From assembly GCA_035481015.1 (NCBI GenBank), contig DATIHE010000026.1:1-30176 (forward strand): a stretch of DNA of 30,176 bases, in the 5' to 3' direction. The position numbers and the translations under genes are program-made. The notes beneath the pieces are model-generated. The model made no database searches, had not been told where the DNA came from, and worked only from the letters and a program-made list of their open reading frames with translations. Below are positions 8,988 through 16,043 of this stretch, piece after piece. How positions within the stretch are numbered: position 1 is the first letter of the stretch; each line of letters begins with the position of its first letter. The DNA comes from Candidatus Nanoarchaeia archaeon. Lineage in GTDB: Bacteria > Patescibacteriota > Saccharimonadia > UBA4664 > DATIHE01.

Positions 8988-10379
8988 ATGCTGCGCCGAA
9001 TACTCACGCCCTTAGCTTATTTATCGCTGGCAGTCCTGCTTGTCGGGGCTACCATTGTTTTAGTGGCTTATGGTCGTGGCTATAGTTACGATATTAAATC
9101 TAACCGCTGGTTGATAAATGGCTTGCTATTGGTTAACAGCTCGCCGAGCGGCGCCACTGTTAAGATTAACGGCAAGGCATTACGTCGAAAAACCCCTTAT
9201 CGCAACACGTTAGAAGCTGGTGATTACTCGGTAGAAGTTAGCAAGCTAGGTTACCGCAGCTGGGCTAAGACACTTAGTATCGTAGCCTCGGGGGTCACTT
9301 GGGATCAATATATTTTGTTATTTCCTCTGGAGATACATACCCAGCAGCTGCAGAACACCTCACCGGTGGTTGGGATGTACTCCAGCCCAGATCGTCGACA
9401 CATTGCCTACCTGACAAGCGGTAACGACGGTGCGCTATGGGCTCTGGTTGGCGACGGTCATCAGTCTACCAAGGTTTACACACCCAAGACCGCACTGGGC
9501 GACCAGCCAGCCGAAGTTTTAAGCGACGTCGTCTGGTCGGATGATGGTAGTCATCTGCTGGCCCATAGCACGATTGGCCCCAAAACCAGCTATATTTTAT
9601 TACCAGCCAATGGTAATGGCGACCCGATTAATTTATCGGATTTGTTCGGCCTAAGTCTGGCCAACCCGCGGTTTAACCCGTCAAACTGGCGAGAGCTCTA
9701 CTTTGTCGGACCCGAGGGCTTGCGACGGTTAAATGTTGAGGCTCAAACAGTATCGGCAGTTTTGGCTGACAAAGTAGCGGCTTATAACTTCGCGCCCGGC
9801 GACAAGATTCTGTACATCCAAACTACCCCACTGGGTAAATCGGTCTGGAGTCTTGACCGTAGTGGGCATAAACAAGAGTTGATTCAATCGCTTGCCGAGA
9901 GCGACGCCTATGCCATGGAGTATAGCAACTACTTGGGGCGCGACTATTTGGCCGTTATACCAGCTCAAGCACACACTCTAACGCTTTACCGCGATATTTT
10001 TTCACCCACCCCAATCGCCAAGGTCGTGTCCAAGTCGGCTGATCAGATCACCTTTAATGACGAGGGTCGGTACTTGATACTGCGTAATGATGCAGAGTTC
10101 ATGGCTTACGATGTCGATCGGGACAGCTTGGCTACACCGGTGCAGTTTGGTGGTAAACTCAGCTTCTTTGGTTGGTTTGATAACTACCATTTACTGACAA
10201 CGGTTGATGGCAAGCTGCGGCTAATGGACTTTGACGGCACGAATTCGATCGAGGTCGATGGCTCAGCAGCCGGTTTGGGGCAGGCTTATGGTGCGCAGGA
10301 TGGTAAACGGTTGTTTTGGATTAGCCAGTCCGATCCCAAAGGCAATCCACAGCTATTCTATCTAGAGCTTAAGAAGTAG
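8988..10379 (+). CDS. PEGA domain-containing membrane-anchored protein with C-terminal beta-propeller-like repeats
   Basis: N-terminal TM; GLLLVNSSPSGATVKING...LEAGDYSVEVSKLGYRSW (PEGA); SPD/WSDDG/FAPGD TolB-like repeat starts. Confidence 0.82.
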   Translation: MLRRILTPLAYLSLAVLLVGATIVLVAYGRGYSYDIKSNRWLINGLLLVNSSPSGATVKINGKALRRKTPYRNTLEAGDYSVEVSKLGYRSWAKTLSIVASGVTWDQYILLFPLEIHTQQLQNTSPVVGMYSSPDRRHIAYLTSGNDGALWALVGDGHQSTKVYTPKTALGDQPAEVLSDVVWSDDGSHLLAHSTIGPKTSYILLPANGNGDPINLSDLFGLSLANPRFNPSNWRELYFVGPEGLRRLNVEAQTVSAVLADKVAAYNFAPGDKILYIQTTPLGKSVWSLDRSGHKQELIQSLAESDAYAMEYSNYLGRDYLAVIPAQAHTLTLYRDIFSPTPIAKVVSKSADQITFNDEGRYLILRNDAEFMAYDVDRDSLATPVQFGGKLSFFGWFDNYHLLTTVDGKLRLMDFDGTNSIEVDGSAAGLGQAYGAQDGKRLFWISQSDPKGNPQLFYLELKK

Positions 10380-11357
10380 CTACAGATTTGAAGGCAGGCC
10401 CGAGTTAGTCGGAGCAGCCGGCTGGTTTTTGTGTTTGAACAGGCCTGTGAAGCTATTCCAGACTTGAAGCATCTGGTCAGTAAAGCTCGGTGCGTTGCTC
10501 GGCAGCGGCTGGGTCGAGCCGGTTGTCGCCGGCGTGGCGCCCTTGAGCTGTTCGGCGGTCGGGTTAGTCTGTTTAGCCTTAATGATCAGCCGCTTCCAGC
10601 TGGTTCCAGGCGGCGTACAGGTGATCAGGGTCATGGTCGGGTCGCTGGTTTGCGCTAGAACTGTTAAATCGGTTGGCTCGACAATTTTGACCTCACTGAT
10701 TTTGTAGTTCAGCTGCTTGCCCTGGTAATCCACCTGGAATTCGTCACCAACCGCCAGCTTGTCGAGCAGCACAAACACAAATTTATAATTACCTGGTTCC
10801 CACCAGTCGTTCGATGAATGCCCAACGATAACGCTATTGCCCGGCTGGCCCGGGTTGGGCGTATTACCATAGTGTACAACCCCGTTCTCGAGCGCTTTCT
10901 GGATTCTAGTTTCATCAAAGCTTGGCTCAAAGACGATTGGCGCATTAACGTTAATCTTGGGGATGATAATAGTGGACTGGGTGCTGACAGGCTGGGCTAC
11001 CTGTGTGGTCGGAGTAGTCGGCTTATTGGTTAAGTACTGCAACTGACTCAGTAGTACCTGCGATTTAAAGAAAGCCAGCAGGAATAAGAAAGACATAATG
11101 GCCGAAACGATTGGCCGTAATTTGCTAGATTTTACCTTACGGCTACGTCTGGCGTTCTCGGCGGCTGGTGAAACTGGCTTCACCGGCAGTGTCGGTGTCG
11201 CCTGTTGGCCCTGGACGTCAGTCTGAATGCTAAGGGCAGCTATCTTGGCGCGGGCTGCTGCCGCTGACTCTGGCTGATTCTCGCCACCATATGAAACACC
11301 ACCCGGGCCAAGTGGCCGGATGTCTAGGGTATCGCCTGTGGTGTCGTTGGGTTTCAT
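10380..11357 (-). CDS. Sortase
   Basis: LENGVVHY..TPNPGQPGNSVIVGHSS (catalytic His), TLITCTP (catalytic Cys) and Arg in WKRLII; single TM. Confidence 0.92.
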   Translation of the reverse strand: MKPNDTTGDTLDIRPLGPGGVSYGGENQPESAAAARAKIAALSIQTDVQGQQATPTLPVKPVSPAAENARRSRKVKSSKLRPIVSAIMSFLFLLAFFKSQVLLSQLQYLTNKPTTPTTQVAQPVSTQSTIIIPKINVNAPIVFEPSFDETRIQKALENGVVHYGNTPNPGQPGNSVIVGHSSNDWWEPGNYKFVFVLLDKLAVGDEFQVDYQGKQLNYKISEVKIVEPTDLTVLAQTSDPTMTLITCTPPGTSWKRLIIKAKQTNPTAEQLKGATPATTGSTQPLPSNAPSFTDQMLQVWNSFTGLFKHKNQPAAPTNSGLPSNL

Positions 11358-11390
11358 TTTCTACTAGCCTTAGGTATTATTATACAGTTT

Positions 11391-11592
11391 AGGTGGTCGC
11401 TTGCCGCCTGCGAATCGAGAATTATAGCCGATTTGAGATTGGCTGGCAACATCTGGGCACCTTAACCATGTTCCCTTCGCCCCGGCACGTCAAACCAAGC
11501 TTTAGCTGTTTGGCGGGCCGAGAGGAGAAACGCGACGAAAGCCGGAGTAAGTTTATCAGAACTTATGCAGGCTGCAGTGCGCGTTTCGACGA
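11391..11592 (+). ncRNA. Candidate structured non-coding RNA upstream of tRNA-Leu (identity unknown; 6S-like length)
   Basis: End-to-end stem 11398-11411/11567-11581; hairpin CGGC-A-CGTCAAAC...GTTTGGCG-G-GCCG (11483-11520); TAAGTT/AACTTA hairpin; G-U pairs favour the + strand. Confidence 0.5.
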
Positions 11593-11679
11593 GCCGCTGT
11601 GGTGGAATTGGTAGACACGCGGGACTCAAAATCCCGTGTCAGCAATGACGTGTCGGTTCGAGCCCGACCAGCGGTACCA
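11593..11679 (+). tRNA. tRNA-Leu(CAA)
   Basis: Acceptor GCCGCTG/CAGCGGT, D-loop TGGTAGAC, anticodon arm CGGGA-CT-CAA-AA-TCCCG, long variable arm, GGTTCGAG T-loop, encoded CCA. Confidence 0.97.
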
Positions 11680-11680
11680 A

Positions 11681-11712
11681 AGAAAAGGCCCGACATTTAT
11701 CGGGCCTTTTCT
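11681..11712. terminator. Bidirectional terminator between tRNA-Leu and the convergent CDS
   Basis: AGAAAAGGCCCGA-CATTTA-TCGGGCCTTTTCT, perfect 13-bp inverted repeat. Confidence 0.85.
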
Positions 11713-12583
11713 AGAAATCATCCTGTCGCAAAGTATTATCAATAGCTTTGACCAGTCCGCCTACTAATAACACTTCATTGTCCGATTGGGCGACGGTTTC
11801 TCTAGCCTGTCTCAGTGCGTAGGCTCCGGCTGTCAAGGCTTCAAACGGCTTGGAGGGGTTCTGAATCCAAAAGACGCTCGTCAGGCCGATGGCGGCTGGC
11901 AAGAAGAAATCCATGGCGCTAACGCTGGTGGTTAAGCTGATTTTGTCTTCGGCGGCGACGATCAGCTCACGCGAGACCAAGGCATAGTCAGCTTTGCTTG
12001 CTTGTGCCAGTTCCTGCATAATCTCGATCTTATTGGTCACATCGCCGCTTTTGATGCGGATTGGTACTCCGGCGGCTTCGCTAAGGACGAAAATCTGCGG
12101 CATTGTGGCAACTATCAAAGTATTCGGACGATCAATCAGTGCTTTTAAATTGTGCTTCATACTCGTAAACGCGTCACCAAAAGCCACCACGCGGGCCTCG
12201 GCTGATCTGGTAACTAGTGCTTCAGCTAAGATCGAGGTTTCGCTAGAGTTCGACAGATCAGCTCCTAGTGCCAAGGCGTCCGAATCCCCCGCCATTCTAA
12301 GCAACTCACCCAACGCCCCATTGCCCAAAGATCCGGCCGGTGTCGAAGGTAGGAATCGACTGTCAGGGATCTCAGCTAAAAGCGCGCGCAAGCTATCTGG
12401 TAAGGCAAGCGTGCACTGCCCTATGCCAGCAGCTTTAGCGATCTGATAAACGGCTTGGATAACTGAAAAGTGGCCCGGATGCCCGCCTGGGAGCAACAGC
12501 CTGCCGGCTCCGCTCGACCGCAAAGGCCGGTTCCACAAAATCTTAGGGAACAGTGGCTGGTCGGTTTGCTTCAGATAATCCAA
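11711..12583 (-). CDS. Divergent NnrD/YjeF-C (carbohydrate kinase, ribokinase-like fold) family protein
   Basis: GRLLLPGG..., KAAGIGQCTLALP, DSDALALG resemble the NnrD N-terminal half; TTG start 2 nt after the xth stop. Confidence 0.6.
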   Translation of the reverse strand: MDYLKQTDQPLFPKILWNRPLRSSGAGRLLLPGGHPGHFSVIQAVYQIAKAAGIGQCTLALPDSLRALLAEIPDSRFLPSTPAGSLGNGALGELLRMAGDSDALALGADLSNSSETSILAEALVTRSAEARVVAFGDAFTSMKHNLKALIDRPNTLIVATMPQIFVLSEAAGVPIRIKSGDVTNKIEIMQELAQASKADYALVSRELIVAAEDKISLTTSVSAMDFFLPAAIGLTSVFWIQNPSKPFEALTAGAYALRQARETVAQSDNEVLLVGGLVKAIDNTLRQDDF

Positions 12584-12585
12584 GA

Positions 12586-13389
12586 TTAAATGTCCAGTGT
12601 AATACTAACCGGGCAGTGATCTGAGCCAAACACGTCGCCGTGAATCTTGGCTTCTTTGACGTGAGGTACTAGAGCTTTAGAAACCATCATGTAGTCGATG
12701 CGCCAGCCGACATTATTGGCACGGGCGTTGGCCCAGTGTGTCCAGTAAGTGTAGTGGTCGCCTTCTTTGGTAAACAGGCGGAAGGTGTCAGCAAAGCCAC
12801 CGTCAACGAAATTCTGAAAGCCTTCGCGCTCTTCATCGGTAAAACCCTTCTTGCCGACGTTGGTCTTGGGCCGAGCCAGGTCTATCTCGGTGTGGGCGAC
12901 GTTTAGGTCGCCACAAAACACCACCGGCTTCTTCTTCTCTAATTGCTGGCAATAAGCCAAAAATGCCGGGTCCCAATGCTTGTGCCGTAGCGGCACGCGA
13001 CTCAAATCATCTTTGGCATTGGGGGTATATACAGTGACGACATAGAATTTCTCGAATTCAGCGGCCTGCACGCGTCCCTCGGCATTGGGGTCGCCGTATT
13101 CATCGCCTGTCACGTCAAATTTCTTAATAATGTCTTGCGGCAGACCATTAATGGTTGCTAGCGGTTTGGTCTTAGTAAATATGGCTGTGCCAGAGTAGCC
13201 TTTCTTAACTGCCGAGTTCCAAAACTCAATGTAGTCTGGCAAATCTACCTCGGCCTGTTCGGGTTGAGCCTTGGTTTCTTGAATACACAAAATGTCGGGC
13301 CGGTGTTCTTTGACGAATGGCAAAAAATTATCCTTGTTAAGGACGGCCCGAATGCCGTTAACGTTCCAGGAATAGATAGTTTGCTTCAC
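12586..13389 (-). CDS. xth: Exodeoxyribonuclease III (AP endonuclease)
   Basis: SWNVNGIRA, ILCIQETK, GYSGTA, VFCGDLNVAH, GWRIDY, GSDHCP. Confidence 0.97.
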   Translation of the reverse strand: MKQTIYSWNVNGIRAVLNKDNFLPFVKEHRPDILCIQETKAQPEQAEVDLPDYIEFWNSAVKKGYSGTAIFTKTKPLATINGLPQDIIKKFDVTGDEYGDPNAEGRVQAAEFEKFYVVTVYTPNAKDDLSRVPLRHKHWDPAFLAYCQQLEKKKPVVFCGDLNVAHTEIDLARPKTNVGKKGFTDEEREGFQNFVDGGFADTFRLFTKEGDHYTYWTHWANARANNVGWRIDYMMVSKALVPHVKEAKIHGDVFGSDHCPVSITLDI

Positions 13390-13396
13390 GCGTACG

Positions 13397-13405
13397 ATTA
13401 TAACA
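13397..13405 (-). promoter_or_regulatory. Extended -10 promoter TGTTATAAT for xth
   Basis: TGTTATAAT-CGTACGC-GTG, located just after a terminator. Confidence 0.7.
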
Positions 13406-13410
13406 GGCTA

Positions 13411-13439
13411 AAAAAGAGAGCCGCTTATTCTAGCGGCTC
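13411..13439 (-). terminator. Intrinsic terminator overlapping the stop of 13425-13643
   Basis: Minus strand GAGCCGCT-AGAATA-AGCGGCTC-TCTTTTT. Confidence 0.7.
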
Positions 13440-13643
13440 GTCTTCTTCGTCGAACTCCAGGCGCTCGTAATAAATTGGCGCCATTTGGCCGATTTGGTAT
13501 CTTTCGACGATTTCGTGGGCCTCTTCTTCGTCGATACCCAGGCCCATGATCTTTTTGACTTTGCTGACCGGGTCTTGCTCGCTCAGCAGGATTTGCTCCA
13601 TGTCCCGCTCGCGTTGCAGGATGTCCTCAAACCTCTCTGCCAT
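13425..13643 (-). CDS. Small acidic hypothetical protein
   Basis: 72 aa; strong SD AAGGAGG upstream; terminator at the stop. Confidence 0.8.
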   Translation of the reverse strand: MAERFEDILQRERDMEQILLSEQDPVSKVKKIMGLGIDEEEAHEIVERYQIGQMAPIYYERLEFDEEDEPLE

Positions 13644-13844
13644 CTTACCGCCTCCTTTTCAATTGAGCTTAGCTTAAGCCAAGAGTTTTATTGCTGCATT
13701 GGTTCTTTTAACAAGCTTGTTGGATTTTACTAGACATTTTTTTAGCAGTTGGATTGCTTCAGTCCCGCGGTGATGCGAGTAGTATTTTGACTTGTCGTGT
13801 AGTTAGCCGTCCTTGACGAAATTGACATCCCTACAGGAGCCGCC

Positions 13845-14033
13845 GTGGATTTCAACCCGTTGCATTCCCCACTTCTCCGCCGCACCGCCGCCTCGCTGGG
13901 CAACCCCGGGGCGCTCGCCAACTGTCGCCGCGTCATCGAACAACGCGAACGGCAGGAAGCAGCAGTCACGCGACAACTCGCCCCCCACCTTCCTCTGACC
14001 AACCCCTCCCTCTTCCGCCACCAAGTCGGCTAA
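13845..14033 (+). CDS. Small GC-rich orphan protein (62 aa)
   Basis: SD AGGAG 6 nt before GTG; third codon positions strongly G/C; long hairpin immediately after the stop. Confidence 0.65.
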   Translation: MDFNPLHSPLLRRTAASLGNPGALANCRRVIEQRERQEAAVTRQLAPHLPLTNPSLFRHQVG

Positions 14034-14042
14034 CCCACGACC

Positions 14043-14074
14043 GCCCTGGCTCGGACACACGTTCGAGCCAGGGC
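14043..14074 (+). terminator. 14-bp GC-rich hairpin without U-tract after the orphan gene
   Basis: GCCCTGGCTCGGAC-ACAC-GTTCGAGCCAGGGC (one G-U pair). Confidence 0.55.
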
Positions 14075-14113
14075 AAGCCGCTAGTGTATACTACCTTTGA
14101 AGTAAGGAGCGGC

Positions 14114-14485
14114 ATGGACAAAGAAACTCTACAATCTATCCACACAGTAATGCAGGAAATCAGTGAAACACGCGGCAAAGTTAAGGCTATGCGCGACGAC
14201 TCGAATGACGTATTAGAGCAAAATGACGAGTATCGAACCTTGCGTGATGAGCTAAAAGAAGCCACTGAAAAGCGCAGAAAAGCTAAGCAAATTATGGCCG
14301 ATGACAAAGATTACCAAGCGTTGGCCAGCGAGCTAGAAGAATTAAAGTTTAAACTCAAAGACCTACAAGAAATTCTAAGCCATCATTTAGTTACGTATTA
14401 CAACCAGACCCAAAACAACGAGTTCACTGACCCGAACGGCGACGTGCACCAAATTACCCTGTCGGCCAAGATCGGCCGAGGTTAA
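14114..14485 (+). CDS. Coiled-coil hypothetical protein
   Basis: SD TAAGGAG before ATG 14114, TGTATACT -10 upstream; heptad-like E/K/L-rich sequence. Confidence 0.8.
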   Translation: MDKETLQSIHTVMQEISETRGKVKAMRDDSNDVLEQNDEYRTLRDELKEATEKRRKAKQIMADDKDYQALASELEELKFKLKDLQEILSHHLVTYYNQTQNNEFTDPNGDVHQITLSAKIGRG

Positions 14486-14514
14486 AAAAACTTCAGGCAG
14501 CTAAGCGCCTGAAG
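14484..14514 (-). terminator. Intrinsic terminator at the end of the HIT gene
   Basis: Minus strand CTTCAGGC-GCTTAGCT-GCCTGAAG-TTTTTTT. Confidence 0.7.
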
Positions 14515-14908
14515 CTCCTAGCTGCCTGATGTATGGATCGTCGGGGAAAATTCGACGAATGCCGCCGCGTGGGTCGTCAACATCGCCGATATAGCGCGGG
14601 ATGAGATGGATGTGCAGGTGGCCTACTGTTTGGCCTGCCACCGGTCCGTCGTTGATGCCAATGGTGTAGCTGGCCGGCTGGAACTGTTGTTCGACGGCGT
14701 ACTTCGCTTCACGTAATAGCTCAAACAGGTCGACCATTTCACCCATTGTGAGCTCGAACATCGACGCGATGTGCCGCTTGGGAATGATCAGCGCGTGGCC
14801 TGATGCGGCCGGGCTTTGGTCCCACTTGGCGTAGCCCAGCGACACCTGACGGATGATTTGTTCGGGGAACGACTTAGGCTGACAGAACGGGCAAGGTTTG
14901 CTCACCAC
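14501..14908 (-). CDS. HIT family nucleotide hydrolase (Ap4A hydrolase-like)
   Basis: CPFC, GHALIIPKRH, GINDGPVAGQTV, histidine triad HLHIHLIPR; start GTG 14908 or 14905. Confidence 0.93.
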   Translation of the reverse strand: MVSKPCPFCQPKSFPEQIIRQVSLGYAKWDQSPAASGHALIIPKRHIASMFELTMGEMVDLFELLREAKYAVEQQFQPASYTIGINDGPVAGQTVGHLHIHLIPRYIGDVDDPRGGIRRIFPDDPYIRQLGASGA

Positions 14909-14937
14909 CAGATTATGGCACAGATTTCGATCTGGAG

Positions 14938-15348
14938 TTAACCAATAAGGGCTAAGTCGCCATTTATTACTAACGGCTCCATGCCTAGTAGCTCATCTCG
15001 TAGTATGTTGTCTGGGATGGGATTGAGTAAGAATATTTTTCGATTCATCTCGAAAGCTTTAAAGATCTCAAGAAAAGTTGCTCCACCGATATAGTTGGGC
15101 TGTCCGTCTTTTTCGAGATTCAGGACTAAGATGGCGTCGTTAGCCTCGATCTTGCGATTTTGCTCGCGGATCATTTCGGCCTTCCAGCTGCTGTGAGCCT
15201 TGGCGCTAACTGCGCGCACTTCGTCTTCGCGTCCTGGGTTATCAAAGCTATTGGGTAAAGTTATCGTATGCCCTGCCGCCTCAAGGGTGCGTTTGACGGC
15301 CTCAACCTGGGGGTAAAAGGCTTTGCTGCAACAGATAAAGATCTTCAT
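14938..15348 (-). CDS. Nucleoside 2-deoxyribosyltransferase-like protein
   Basis: MKIFICCS..., KIEANDAILVLN..., YIGGATFLE (catalytic-type Glu), RKIFLLNPIP. ATG 15348 overlaps the nuclease stop (ATGA). Confidence 0.7.
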   Translation of the reverse strand: MKIFICCSKAFYPQVEAVKRTLEAAGHTITLPNSFDNPGREDEVRAVSAKAHSSWKAEMIREQNRKIEANDAILVLNLEKDGQPNYIGGATFLEIFKAFEMNRKIFLLNPIPDNILRDELLGMEPLVINGDLALIG

Positions 15349-15956
15349 GATTTTGCCCCGGCTGTTTGCTTGATGTCTTTTGATTCGTCGACATTGCAAC
15401 CGGCCCACAGCCCTAAGTTTTGCTCTCTGGCCTGAAGTTCTGCGGCCTTGAAACCCTCGAGCTTAGAATTCGGGAAGATCGTGTAGGCGAAGGCGTAACC
15501 TTGTTTGACCAGCTCCATGTTCACGAATGTGCCATCGGGCAGGTAAACGTAGCGCAATAAGCGGTGGTATTTGTCGCGGTCGCTATCTAGTGGATCGGCC
15601 TCCAGGCGCACACTTTTTCCGCCCACTAACGATTCAGTTTTCTGGTGAGCCGTTTCGCCAAAGCACTGTACTGGCTTGCGAGGATCTTTGGTTTCTGGCG
15701 TATCCATGCCAATCAGTCGAACAGTCTCTGTTTTGCCATTGCTATCCACCTCTATTGTGTCGCCGTCTACCACCTGTTTTACCGGATACAGCCCGGGCTG
15801 GTGATTCTGGATTGTTGTAGCGGCTCCGGTTAGCTTTTCTGGATAGGTTTTGCCAGCAACCAGTGCGCCAATCAAGAGCAATATTAACCCTGCCAAACTA
15901 ATGTGGCGTCGTCGTGGGAATCGTCGGAGTGGCTTAATTGGTTCTAATTCGTCCAT
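15345..15956 (-). CDS. Thermonuclease (SNase) family protein, membrane anchored or secreted
   Basis: VVDGDTI, VRLIGMDTPE, DKYHRLLRYVY, NMELVKQGYA, AREQNLGLW; N-terminal TM. Confidence 0.93.
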   Translation of the reverse strand: MDELEPIKPLRRFPRRRHISLAGLILLLIGALVAGKTYPEKLTGAATTIQNHQPGLYPVKQVVDGDTIEVDSNGKTETVRLIGMDTPETKDPRKPVQCFGETAHQKTESLVGGKSVRLEADPLDSDRDKYHRLLRYVYLPDGTFVNMELVKQGYAFAYTIFPNSKLEGFKAAELQAREQNLGLWAGCNVDESKDIKQTAGAKS

Positions 15957-16004
15957 TAGGCAGTAATTATATCTGATGGTGGCATAAAAGTGATTATAAC
16001 GGTT

Positions 16005-16038
16005 ACGAGCCCGTCCCAGTATATCGGGACGGGCTCGT
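16005..16038. terminator. Perfect 13-bp hairpin without U-tract after the orphan ORF stop
   Basis: ACGAGCCCGTCCC-AGTATATC-GGGACGGGCTCGT. Confidence 0.6.
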
Positions 16039-16043
16039 TAGTG

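Noticed and set aside
11393-11614. 73-aa + strand ORF in the tRNA-Leu leader
   Set aside because: It runs into the tRNA gene, has no SD and no protein-like features; the region is better explained as structured RNA
13742-14307. Minus-strand ORFs 13742-14002, 13803-14060 and 13966-14307
   Set aside because: Shadows of GC-rich or coiled-coil + strand genes that have SD sites and proper codon bias
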